A DNA stretch of 64,000 nucleotides, from positions 1,805-65,804 of the forward strand of contig JAEUTF010000185.1 of the NCBI GenBank assembly GCA_016788185.1, given 5' to 3'. Shown piece by piece: positions 34,172 to 42,540 of this stretch; position 1 is the first letter of the stretch; each line of letters opens with the position of its first letter. This DNA is from Bacteroidia bacterium (lineage in GTDB: Bacteria; Bacteroidota; Bacteroidia; AKYH767-A; OLB10). The position numbers and the translations under genes are program-made. The notes beneath the pieces are model-generated. The model did not search any database. It worked only from the letters and a program-made list of their open reading frames with translations, and was not told where the DNA came from.

Positions 34172-35087
34172 CTTGTTTTTTTCCGTGATTATTCCAACCT
34201 ATAACAGGGTGGAATTTATTTTGCTGTCTGTTAAATCGGTTTTAACCCAGGACTACAGGAATTTTGAGGTTATCGTAGTGGATGACGGGAGTACGGATTC
34301 CACACCAGAAGTAATGGCTACCGTAAATGATCCGCGGGTTCGTTATGTTAGAATCAGGAACTCTGAACGTGGAGCGGCAAGAAACACCGGTGTAAGGCTC
34401 GCCCAGGGTGATTATGTCACCTTCCTGGATTCCGATGATCAGTACTACAGCAATTATTTGTCCACCGCGAATGATGGGCTGAAAAGTTCGGGTTTTCCGG
34501 TATTTTATCACCAGGCCTATGAAGTTAGAAACTTTCTGCGTGAAAAAGTAAGGTATGCCCACGATTACGATAGCCATAACATTGGTTTTCTGGTTAAGGG
34601 AAATCCGCTGAGTTGCCTTGGTGTTTTTATACACCGTGAGGAGGCTTTGCTTTTTCCCTTTAATGAAGACCGGGATTTGTCGGGTTCCGAGGATTGGGAA
34701 CTCTGGATCCGCCTTGCCGCAAATTTTGGATTAAAGAAGGATAATCGTGTGTGTGCCTGCCTTATCCTGCACGATGACCGGAGTGTGATCAACGTGGATG
34801 AGCAAAAGCTGGTGCGCCGAAAATTGCTCGCCATGCAATACTCATTCAAAGATCCTGAAGTACAAAGGAAATTTGGTGCTCAGTGGAATAAAATGGATGC
34901 GTATTCCGATACTTATAATTCACTGCACCTCATGCTGGACGGGCAAATCAGAAGAAGCTTTTATTATTTTTTTAAGGCCATGCGTACCTATCCCCTTTGC
35001 GTCCTGGAACGACGTACACTGGCTATTATAAAGTACTTCTTTATAAATCTGTTCAGAAGATACCGCCTCAGTACTTCGATATTCTGA
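34161..35087 (+). CDS. Glycosyltransferase family 2
   Basis: The start is set at the ATG at 34161 (MKPDLFFSVIIPTYNR). VVDDGSTD, FLDSDD (DxD), EDWELWIRL. The 3' end overlaps the convergent PKD gene by 20 nt. Confidence 0.85.
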   Translation: MKPDLFFSVIIPTYNRVEFILLSVKSVLTQDYRNFEVIVVDDGSTDSTPEVMATVNDPRVRYVRIRNSERGAARNTGVRLAQGDYVTFLDSDDQYYSNYLSTANDGLKSSGFPVFYHQAYEVRNFLREKVRYAHDYDSHNIGFLVKGNPLSCLGVFIHREEALLFPFNEDRDLSGSEDWELWIRLAANFGLKKDNRVCACLILHDDRSVINVDEQKLVRRKLLAMQYSFKDPEVQRKFGAQWNKMDAYSDTYNSLHLMLDGQIRRSFYYFFKAMRTYPLCVLERRTLAIIKYFFINLFRRYRLSTSIF

Positions 35088-38000
35088 AGTACTCGTCTGC
35101 ATCTCCGTAGGATACTTTCAGGATGTATATCGCTGAAGCAAGTTTGTCCGTAGGCACCTGTATCGTATTGAATCCTTCCTGTAAGTTAAAAATCATTTCT
35201 TCGCTGATCCGGCGTCCGTTAATATCCGTCATCATAAGACGAATTTCTCCTTTTCGTACCATGTTTATTCCGGCGAATAAGACATCTTGAAAGGGATTCG
35301 GATAGACATTGAAAATCTCAAATTGATTTCCGCTGCTGCGGCAGAACCGGTCGTTGGAAGGATTAACATCCTGTTTGTTGTTGACAGTGATGACCTCTGC
35401 GCAGAAAAATGGCGGACTGGCGGGTCCTGCCTCCAGTTTGGTATTGAAGGTAAATTCCTTGATTTGTGCCGCTTTCAGGGTGTCTTTGTTAAAGGTGTTG
35501 TAGAATACCTGCTCTCCTCCCAAATGGGCTTTTAATTCAAATTCATAGGCATCTTCGTTGCCGGTATTCGCAACGCTTGCTTTCATGATCCAGAAGCCGT
35601 TGATTTTGTTAAAACTGACTCCTGTAAGTCCCAGGTCCGGGCGAGGGATGAGCACAAAAATGGTCTGACTGGCGGAATCAATGCACCCGTTCAGATTGGT
35701 CACTGTCAGGGTACTGGTGTAGAGGCCGGTATCGAGGTATTGATGCAAGGGGGAGGTGGCCGTTGAAAGTGCTGAGTTGTCGCCAAAATTCCACGTGTAA
35801 ATTCCGGGATCGGAACTATTGGTGAACTGAACCGGCAAGGGCGGGGCACCGTAATTGGTCGAAGCAGCAAAGGAAACTTGCGGAAGTTCATGGATGATGA
35901 TCGTCTGCTGAATGGAATCCTGGCAGCCTTGATCAGAACTGACTACCAACTTAACGGGTACTGAACCGGTTTGATTGAACGTGTACACGGGGTTGGAGAG
36001 CGTCGAACTGGCATTTGTTCCAAACGTCCATGCCCAGGAGGAAATAGACCCGTTGGCGATGCTGCTGGAATCGAAGAAGGGAGTGGATTCGCCAAGGCAG
36101 GTGTTGCTGAACAGGAAATTGGCCCGGGGAAGGGGATGGACGTTTACTGTGTCGTTTACCGAACCAATGCAGCCGTTGTCAAGATCAGTCACCGACAATA
36201 CCACATGGTATTCACCTGCATTGCTGAACAAATGCACCGGATTGGGTAAAAAGGAAGCGGTGCTGTCACCGAAATTCCAGAGAAAGGACAGATTGGAATT
36301 CGTGCCGGGGGCAGGGACATACATAAAGGAGGAGGAAATTCCCTTGCACTGGTCTGTATGGCTGATGGTGAATTCCGGTGTTTGGTCAACAGTCAGAAAC
36401 CGGCTGAGGGTATCCGAGCAACCCTGAGCGGAATTCACGATTAGGTTTACCTGGTAGGCGAGTGGCGAAGGATAAATATACGTGGGGTGTTGAAGCGTGC
36501 TGGTGGCACCTGGAATCCCAAAATCCCATGTCCATCCCGTTATGTTACTGCCGTTTACTGTGCTGCTGTCAGTGAACTGAACGGGTGCATCGGTACAGGC
36601 TTTTTCAAAGCCGAATGCAGCCTGTGGCAATTCGTACACAAGAATCTGCCGTGTGAGGGTGTCAAAGCAACCAATCGTACTCCCTACAATCAAGCTGACC
36701 GTATAACTACCAGGGCCTGAATACGTGTGTTGGGTATTGCTGTTTAAGGAACTGTCGCCATCGCCAAAATTCCAGTGCCAACTGCTGAGAGAAGAACCTG
36801 TCGGACTGGAGGAAGTGTCGGTGAAAATATTTTCAATTCCAAAACAAACATGGCTGCTGATAAAACCGGCGGTCGGACTTTCAATTACAAATACATTGCG
36901 GGTGACGGTAGAGTCGCAATCGTCGGGGCTGAGTACCCTGAGTGTGACCGTATACGTACCGGGCGCAACATAGGCATGTGTGGGATCAATAGAGGTTGAG
37001 TCCATGGTGCCATCGCCAAAATCCCAGATCCGTTTGGTGATGGTGTCGCCCGCACCGGCAAAGGAGCTGTCATTGAATTGAAGGAAGGTGTAGGTGCAAA
37101 CGGTATCGGCGTTCAGCTGAAACCAGGGATGGGGCCGGTTGGCAATCCGTATTGTTCGGAGAAGGGTGTCTTTGCAGCCGTTTACCGATTCGGAAATCAG
37201 CTGTACGGTATATTGAGCTGCACCGTTCGGATAGGTGTGATTAGGATCCTGCAGGTTACTGCTGTTGCCATCTCCGAAGTCCCAGGTGTTGGCGCTGATG
37301 CTGGTTCCGCTAGCCGTTGTCAGATTGATAAATTGAGCGGTTTCGCCCTCACAGGTATTGAAGAGCTGGAAATCTGCAAGGGGGCCCGGTATAATGTTCA
37401 TGGATCTGATCACGGTGTCGGAACATCCAAAATCACTGGTGGCAATCAATTGTACCGGGTAGCTTCCGGCCAGGGCATAAGCATGCGAAACCGGATTTCC
37501 AATGCCGGTACCGGTATCTCCAAAATCCCATGTCCATTGCAAAAGGTTGCCGTCGTTACAGGTGCTTGAATCGGTAAAACTAATATCGGCTCCGACACAG
37601 GCGCTGTCAGGTCTGCTGTACCAGGCCTGCGGAGGTTCGTGAACTGTAATACTTTGTTGAACAGAAGCACTGTCACCGTTGGAGGAGTAAACCTTGAGTA
37701 CAACGGTGTATGTACCGGCCGTGGTGTAGGTATGCCCTGGCGAAGCGCTGTTTGAACCGTTGCCGTCGCCAAAATCCCAGTTCCATCCTGTGATGTTTCC
37801 ATAACAAACCGAACTGTTGTCGCTGAAGTTTACATCGGAATTGGTGCAGGCGGCGGAGCTGCTGAAGGCGGCTTCCGGAGGTGGAATGTGCACATACACG
37901 GAATCGGAGTAATAATGAAGGTCTCCGTTCGCCATGGTTTCTGTGAGCTGAAATGGATTGTATCCGGTGTTGCTTGCCGGGAAGCTGATGCCCGTGGGTG

Positions 38001-39129
38001 ACTGGTCGGAAGAGGAAAGGGCGGCGCCAGAGCATCCCTGCGGGAACTGCACACGTACAATGGAAAACAAAAGCTTGTTGGGGATGATGCCAATCCAGTC
38101 GGATCCGTCTTTTGCCAGTTGTATGTTGTGCGGGTTGGCCATGATCCCGCCGAAATTCGTGCTGTATTGTTGTACCAAAGGAGAATCGAGAGAGATTCCA
38201 CTGGTAAAATGATAAAAATTATTGCTTTCACTCACCATGAAAAGATGCCAGTTTTCGTCTTCGTAAGCCAGTTGCAATCCCTGGGCAGTCCAGAGCGAAT
38301 TGGCGGCGGTGCTGACCAGCGGTAAATTGCTTAATGCAGTTCCGAAATCAAGTTTAAATACAATTCCATTGCCTGCACTGGTGGAGAATCCAATGTATTT
38401 ATTGCTCCTGCAGTCATAGGCGATATCAATCCCGAAATTTCCGAAGAAGCCGGTATAGATAGACGGTGACAACACCGAGGGTATGTTCTGGTAGCTCCCG
38501 CCAAAATCAAGCCGGGTAATGTCAAGCCCCTGGTTATTGGTGATGAAAGCGTATCCGTTCAGGACCTTGATGGAGGCAGGACTGGCCAGGCCACTTACAT
38601 TTAAATTGCTAAGAACAGGATTGGTTTGGGTGATCGAATCCATTTCATAACGCAGGAGAGAATTGGACGAAAAGGTCGTGAGAAACATGTACCACTTATT
38701 GCCTTCCTGTACCAGTTCAATTCCGCTGGTAACATTGCCCAACAAGGGATCGCTGTCGAGGTTGACCGCGCTAGGTGCATTGGCCAGCGATGTGCCGAAA
38801 TTATAGCGGGTGATGTAGTTTCCTCCGAAGGCATTGGCGATAAATCCGTAGTAAAGCCCGTCCACCTTTACCAGTTTCATGTTGGTGGGATAACTCAGTG
38901 TGCCCCCGATCGACGGTAAAGCCTGGGCGGCAGGCATAGAGTCCAGGTCGCCGAGGCAAAAATCCCAGTTAAACGAAAGAGCACCGGAAGCGCTGTTGTC
39001 AATGACCAGGTTTTGCCCCGGGCATGCGGTATCACTGACTGAGAAAACTGCCGGCAGGCATTGTGCTTTCGCATCAGGTGTTGATAACAGGAAAAAGCTG
39101 ACAAAAATGAAGTAAAGGATATTTCTCAT
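35068..39129 (-). CDS. T9SS-secreted surface protein: signal peptide, ~430-aa repeat (propeller-like) region, 9 PKD domains, a CARDB-like module, and a type-A T9SS C-terminal sorting domain
   Basis: The start is set at the ATG at 39129 (MRNILYFIFVSFFLLSTPDAKAQ). There are 9 WxFGDG-type motifs. The C-terminus IFNVYPNPFQDVLFAGINM...IYILKVSY...FRISKY is a typical Por_Secre_tail. Confidence 0.9.
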   Translation of the reverse strand: MRNILYFIFVSFFLLSTPDAKAQCLPAVFSVSDTACPGQNLVIDNSASGALSFNWDFCLGDLDSMPAAQALPSIGGTLSYPTNMKLVKVDGLYYGFIANAFGGNYITRYNFGTSLANAPSAVNLDSDPLLGNVTSGIELVQEGNKWYMFLTTFSSNSLLRYEMDSITQTNPVLSNLNVSGLASPASIKVLNGYAFITNNQGLDITRLDFGGSYQNIPSVLSPSIYTGFFGNFGIDIAYDCRSNKYIGFSTSAGNGIVFKLDFGTALSNLPLVSTAANSLWTAQGLQLAYEDENWHLFMVSESNNFYHFTSGISLDSPLVQQYSTNFGGIMANPHNIQLAKDGSDWIGIIPNKLLFSIVRVQFPQGCSGAALSSSDQSPTGISFPASNTGYNPFQLTETMANGDLHYYSDSVYVHIPPPEAAFSSSAACTNSDVNFSDNSSVCYGNITGWNWDFGDGNGSNSASPGHTYTTAGTYTVVLKVYSSNGDSASVQQSITVHEPPQAWYSRPDSACVGADISFTDSSTCNDGNLLQWTWDFGDTGTGIGNPVSHAYALAGSYPVQLIATSDFGCSDTVIRSMNIIPGPLADFQLFNTCEGETAQFINLTTASGTSISANTWDFGDGNSSNLQDPNHTYPNGAAQYTVQLISESVNGCKDTLLRTIRIANRPHPWFQLNADTVCTYTFLQFNDSSFAGAGDTITKRIWDFGDGTMDSTSIDPTHAYVAPGTYTVTLRVLSPDDCDSTVTRNVFVIESPTAGFISSHVCFGIENIFTDTSSSPTGSSLSSWHWNFGDGDSSLNSNTQHTYSGPGSYTVSLIVGSTIGCFDTLTRQILVYELPQAAFGFEKACTDAPVQFTDSSTVNGSNITGWTWDFGIPGATSTLQHPTYIYPSPLAYQVNLIVNSAQGCSDTLSRFLTVDQTPEFTISHTDQCKGISSSFMYVPAPGTNSNLSFLWNFGDSTASFLPNPVHLFSNAGEYHVVLSVTDLDNGCIGSVNDTVNVHPLPRANFLFSNTCLGESTPFFDSSSIANGSISSWAWTFGTNASSTLSNPVYTFNQTGSVPVKLVVSSDQGCQDSIQQTIIIHELPQVSFAASTNYGAPPLPVQFTNSSDPGIYTWNFGDNSALSTATSPLHQYLDTGLYTSTLTVTNLNGCIDSASQTIFVLIPRPDLGLTGVSFNKINGFWIMKASVANTGNEDAYEFELKAHLGGEQVFYNTFNKDTLKAAQIKEFTFNTKLEAGPASPPFFCAEVITVNNKQDVNPSNDRFCRSSGNQFEIFNVYPNPFQDVLFAGINMVRKGEIRLMMTDINGRRISEEMIFNLQEGFNTIQVPTDKLASAIYILKVSYGDADEYFRISKY
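35650..37900 (-). repeat. In-frame array of 9 diverged PKD-domain coding units (approximate bounds)
   Basis: WNWDFGDGNGS, WTWDFGDTGTG, NTWDFGDGNSS, RIWDFGDGTMD, WHWNFGDGDSS, WTWDFGIPGAT, FLWNFGDSTAS, WAWTFGTNASS and YTWNFGDNSAL occur at ~80-85-aa spacing. Confidence 0.75.
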
Positions 39130-39146
39130 TTTCGTGTTTGGTTGAT

Positions 39147-39154
39147 CAAAGATA
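39147..39154 (-). promoter_or_regulatory. Candidate -7 promoter box (TATCTTTG on the minus strand) for the PKD/T9SS gene
   Basis: The plus strand reads CAAAGATA, 17 nt upstream of the ATG at 39129, inside the 30-nt spacer to divergent rdgB. Confidence 0.4.
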
Positions 39155-39159
39155 AGGGT

Positions 39160-39762
39160 ATGCATACGATCCGTTTGGTACTGGCAACGAATAACCAGCA
39201 CAAAGTGAAAGAAATACGAAAAATATTGCCCGAAAGTTACGATTTGCTCACGCTGAAGGATGCGGGTTTAAGTCTGGATCTTCCAGAAACCACAGGAAGC
39301 ATCAGCGGGAATGCGGCACAGAAGGCCTTAACAGTATGGGAGTTAACGGGTTGCGACTGTATTGCGGACGACAGTGGGCTGGAGGTGCAAGCCCTGGATG
39401 GGAAGCCGGGAGTGGACTCTGCCCATTTTGCCGGCTTTCCTCCCAATGAGGATCGCAACCTGGTTTACCTGCTGGATCAAATGGAGGGAGTGCTGAACAG
39501 GAAAGCCAGCTTCGTGACGGTAATTGCCCTGGTTTTAAAGGGGAAGTTGTTTACGTTTGAAGGAAGACTGAACGGTGAAATCAGTCTGAAGCGCATGGGG
39601 AATCATGGCTTTGGCTATGATCCGGTTTTCATTCCGGAGGGCTTCCGTGAAACTTTTGCGCAGATGAGTCCGGAACGGAAGAATGCCATCAGCCACCGGG
39701 CTTTAGCACTGCAGCAACTGGCTGGTTTTTTTATGAAAAATGGAGGTGAGGCGCTGCTTTAG
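39160..39762 (+). CDS. rdgB: Non-canonical purine NTP pyrophosphatase (RdgB/HAM1 family, dITP/XTP pyrophosphatase)
   Basis: The start is set at the ATG at 39160 (MHTIRLVLATNNQHKVKEIRKIL). GFGYDPVFIPEG and KNAISHRALA motifs are present. Confidence 0.9.
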   Translation: MHTIRLVLATNNQHKVKEIRKILPESYDLLTLKDAGLSLDLPETTGSISGNAAQKALTVWELTGCDCIADDSGLEVQALDGKPGVDSAHFAGFPPNEDRNLVYLLDQMEGVLNRKASFVTVIALVLKGKLFTFEGRLNGEISLKRMGNHGFGYDPVFIPEGFRETFAQMSPERKNAISHRALALQQLAGFFMKNGGEALL

Positions 39763-39826
39763 AAATGTTAACAGGACCCGTCTGATATCTGTTGTTGCAG
39801 TGAGAGGCAAGGCAAGATCAAATTCT

Positions 39827-39834
39827 TAACTTTG
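39827..39834 (+). promoter_or_regulatory. -7 promoter box TAACTTTG immediately upstream of ddl
   Basis: Exact TAnnTTTG match ending 6 nt before the ATG at 39841. The same octamer occurs at 46476 and 52405. Confidence 0.5.
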
Positions 39835-39840
39835 CCTTTC

Positions 39841-42531
39841 ATGGAAAAATTGCGCATCGGAGTCCTCTTTGGAGGCTCATCAAGAGAAAGGGAAGTTTCC
39901 TTTGCGGGTGGACGTACCGTTTACGATAACCTGAACAAATCGATCTTCGATCCGATTCCCATTTTTGTTGACAGTTTTGGAAACCTCGTCCTGCTGACCT
40001 GGGAGTTTATATACAAAGGCAGCATTCGTGATTTCTATCCCCCGGCTGAATTCCTTCCGGGCTCCGTCCATGAATTCCAGGTGTACGCAGAAAGCCTGGG
40101 GGATCTCGACCGTCAGGAGCAGTTGAAACTGATCCATAAAATAGGCTCCAGAATTGAACCCAGCGCTTTGTCCGGCATGATCGATCTTGCCTTTCTGTGC
40201 CTGCACGGAAGCGATGGGGAAGATGGCCGGATACAAGGCCTGCTCGAATTCCTGAAAGTTCCATATACCGGATCCGGCATTCTCTCTTCTGCCATCGGCA
40301 TGAACAAAGCTGTTCAGAAAGAACTGATGAAGGTCGCAGGATTTCATGTTCCGGACTTTCAGGTCATACAGCGTGACGAATGGTTAAATGGTAAAAGAGA
40401 AGAGGTTTTCCGGAAGGTAAAGGCAACTACCGGTGTTCCTTGTGTGGTGAAGGCTGCCAACCAGGGCTCCTCCATCGGTGTGAGCGTGCTTCAGAAAGAG
40501 GATCTTCAGGCTTTCACGGAGAGCATGAACAGGGCCTTTTTTATCCGGGAACTCAGCAGGAATTCATGGGATGCCATGGATTTCAGAGAAAAGGTAAACT
40601 GGGTACGCGAAGTGTGCGACATCCGCGAAGGCATTGGTTTACCGCTGATGATTGGCAGCCGCATGTTTTATCATCCGGAAGAACTACTGTCGGTCATGCT
40701 CGATCTTTTCGCCGATCAAGAACCGGAATTGCAACTGGTGGCCAGAGACGGGGAGAGTAGTGTCATTATCGAATCATTCATTCAGGGCAAGGAATTTTCC
40801 TGCATCGTGGTGGAAGATGAAGCGGGCCAGCCCGTGGCCCTTCCCCCAACCGAAATAAGAAAAGGCAGGGAACTGTTCGATTACAGGTCGAAATACCTGC
40901 CCGGTTTGTCCAGGAAGATTACCCCCATTCAGATTCCCGATGATCAAATTGAAGCCATCCGCAGTGAATGCGAGAAACTGTTTACAGCCCTTCGGTTTAA
41001 TGTGTACGCCCGTATCGACGGATTCATCACGCCGGAAGGACACATCATCCTGAATGATCCCAATACGACTTCCGGAATGATGCCCAGTTCTTTTTTCTTT
41101 CATCAGGCTGCCGAAATCGGCATGAACCCTTCTCAGTTTATCACCTATATCATCTATACTTCGCTGCGTAACCGCATCAGCGATACCAGGCAATACGGTA
41201 AGCTGCCTCAGTTGCAGCAGCGTCTCGGCCAGTTGGTGGATTCGGGAAGGATGACCGGTGAAAAGCGTGTACGCGCTGCCGTTATACTTGGCGGTTACTC
41301 TTCGGAAAGACACATCTCGGTGGAAAGCGGCAGGAACATCTATGAGAAACTGGCTTCCAGCGCCAAATACGATGTATTGCCGGTGTTCCTGACCGGCGAC
41401 AGAAATACCCACGAACTGTTCACCATCCCGGTCAATATTCTGCTGAAAGACAACGCCGATGACATCAGGGAAAAAATCGATCATTTTTCGGTTCATCCTG
41501 TCATTGAACGCATCATCGCTCGGTGCGGAAACCTGACGCGACGTTTTGCCAGCGCGAGAAACCTCAATGCACCTGAAAAAATCAGTTTTGAAGAGCTGGC
41601 CAGGCGTTGTGATGTGGTCTTTATCGCCTTGCACGGTCGTCCCGGAGAGGACGGTTCCCTGCAAATGGAGCTGGAACGGGTAGGGATTCCCTACAATGGT
41701 TCCGGCCCTGCATCCTCAAAGATCACCATTGACAAGTTCAGGACCAATGAAATTCTTTCGGCTCAGGGACTCCTGGTGGCGAGGCATTACCTCGCGCAGG
41801 AATTCGACTGGCTCGCCGATCCTGCCCGTTTCCTGGATACGATTTGCAGGAATTTTACGTTCCCCTTTGTAGCCAAACCGGCTGATGACGGATGCAGTTC
41901 TGCGGTGAAAATCATCCGAAACCGGGAAGAACTGGAAGCCTATGTGCGGCTGGCCTTCCGGAGCACACCGGATCTGGATGTGGCTTGTGCGGAGATTTTG
42001 AAGATCAAACCGAAGGAGGAATTTCCGGTGAAGCAACACATACTCATCGAAGACCTTATCCAGGCAAACGGTGCCGCCCGTTTCATAGAAATTACCGGCG
42101 GCATGCTGACGTATAAAGACGAACAGGGCCAACTGGCGTACGAAGTGTTTGAAGCATCAGAGGCTTTATCGGAAGGCGATGTGCTGTCGCTGGAGGAAAA
42201 GTTCCTGGCCGGCCAGGGGCAAAACATCACTCCCGCCCGATACAGTGCAAACCCTGACGAAAACAGATTGATATCAGCCATCGTGAAAAAAGAGTTTGAA
42301 AAAGCGGCACGTATTCTTCAGATTGAGGGTTACGCCCGCATCGATGCGTTCGTACGGATATTCTCACCCGCCAGGGTGGAGGTGGTATTCATTGAAGTCA
42401 ATTCCCTTCCAGGAATGACACCGGCCACCTGCATTTTCCACCAGGCGGCCATTGCCCATTACAAGCCCTATGAGTTCATTGATAAAATTCTGGATTTCGG
42501 AATTAAAAGAAAACAAAATCAGCCGGCCTGA
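39841..42531 (+). CDS. ddl: Tandem-fused double D-alanine--D-alanine ligase (two complete Ddl-like ATP-grasp modules in one 896-aa polypeptide)
   Basis: Module 1: KLRIGVLFGGSSREREVS, FLCLHGSDGEDGRIQGLLEFLKVPYTGSG, VVKAANQGSSIGVS, ARIDGF, NDPNTTSGMMPSS. Module 2: RAAVILGGYSSERHISV, FIALHGRPGEDGSLQMELERVGIPYNGSG, VAKPADDGCSSAV, ARIDAF, IEVNSLPGMTPAT. Each module aligns by eye to the whole of E. coli DdlB. Confidence 0.85.
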   Translation: MEKLRIGVLFGGSSREREVSFAGGRTVYDNLNKSIFDPIPIFVDSFGNLVLLTWEFIYKGSIRDFYPPAEFLPGSVHEFQVYAESLGDLDRQEQLKLIHKIGSRIEPSALSGMIDLAFLCLHGSDGEDGRIQGLLEFLKVPYTGSGILSSAIGMNKAVQKELMKVAGFHVPDFQVIQRDEWLNGKREEVFRKVKATTGVPCVVKAANQGSSIGVSVLQKEDLQAFTESMNRAFFIRELSRNSWDAMDFREKVNWVREVCDIREGIGLPLMIGSRMFYHPEELLSVMLDLFADQEPELQLVARDGESSVIIESFIQGKEFSCIVVEDEAGQPVALPPTEIRKGRELFDYRSKYLPGLSRKITPIQIPDDQIEAIRSECEKLFTALRFNVYARIDGFITPEGHIILNDPNTTSGMMPSSFFFHQAAEIGMNPSQFITYIIYTSLRNRISDTRQYGKLPQLQQRLGQLVDSGRMTGEKRVRAAVILGGYSSERHISVESGRNIYEKLASSAKYDVLPVFLTGDRNTHELFTIPVNILLKDNADDIREKIDHFSVHPVIERIIARCGNLTRRFASARNLNAPEKISFEELARRCDVVFIALHGRPGEDGSLQMELERVGIPYNGSGPASSKITIDKFRTNEILSAQGLLVARHYLAQEFDWLADPARFLDTICRNFTFPFVAKPADDGCSSAVKIIRNREELEAYVRLAFRSTPDLDVACAEILKIKPKEEFPVKQHILIEDLIQANGAARFIEITGGMLTYKDEQGQLAYEVFEASEALSEGDVLSLEEKFLAGQGQNITPARYSANPDENRLISAIVKKEFEKAARILQIEGYARIDAFVRIFSPARVEVVFIEVNSLPGMTPATCIFHQAAIAHYKPYEFIDKILDFGIKRKQNQPA

Positions 42532-42540
42532 TCGCATCCA

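Noticed and set aside
40774-41664. 296-aa minus-strand ORF inside ddl, plus similar antisense ORFs at 39880-40347, 41716-42132 and 41940-42281
   Set aside because: They are fully embedded antisense to a gene with unambiguous Ddl motifs. The translations are Arg/Gly/Ser-rich with no domain signature, which is typical of shadow ORFs in coding sequence.
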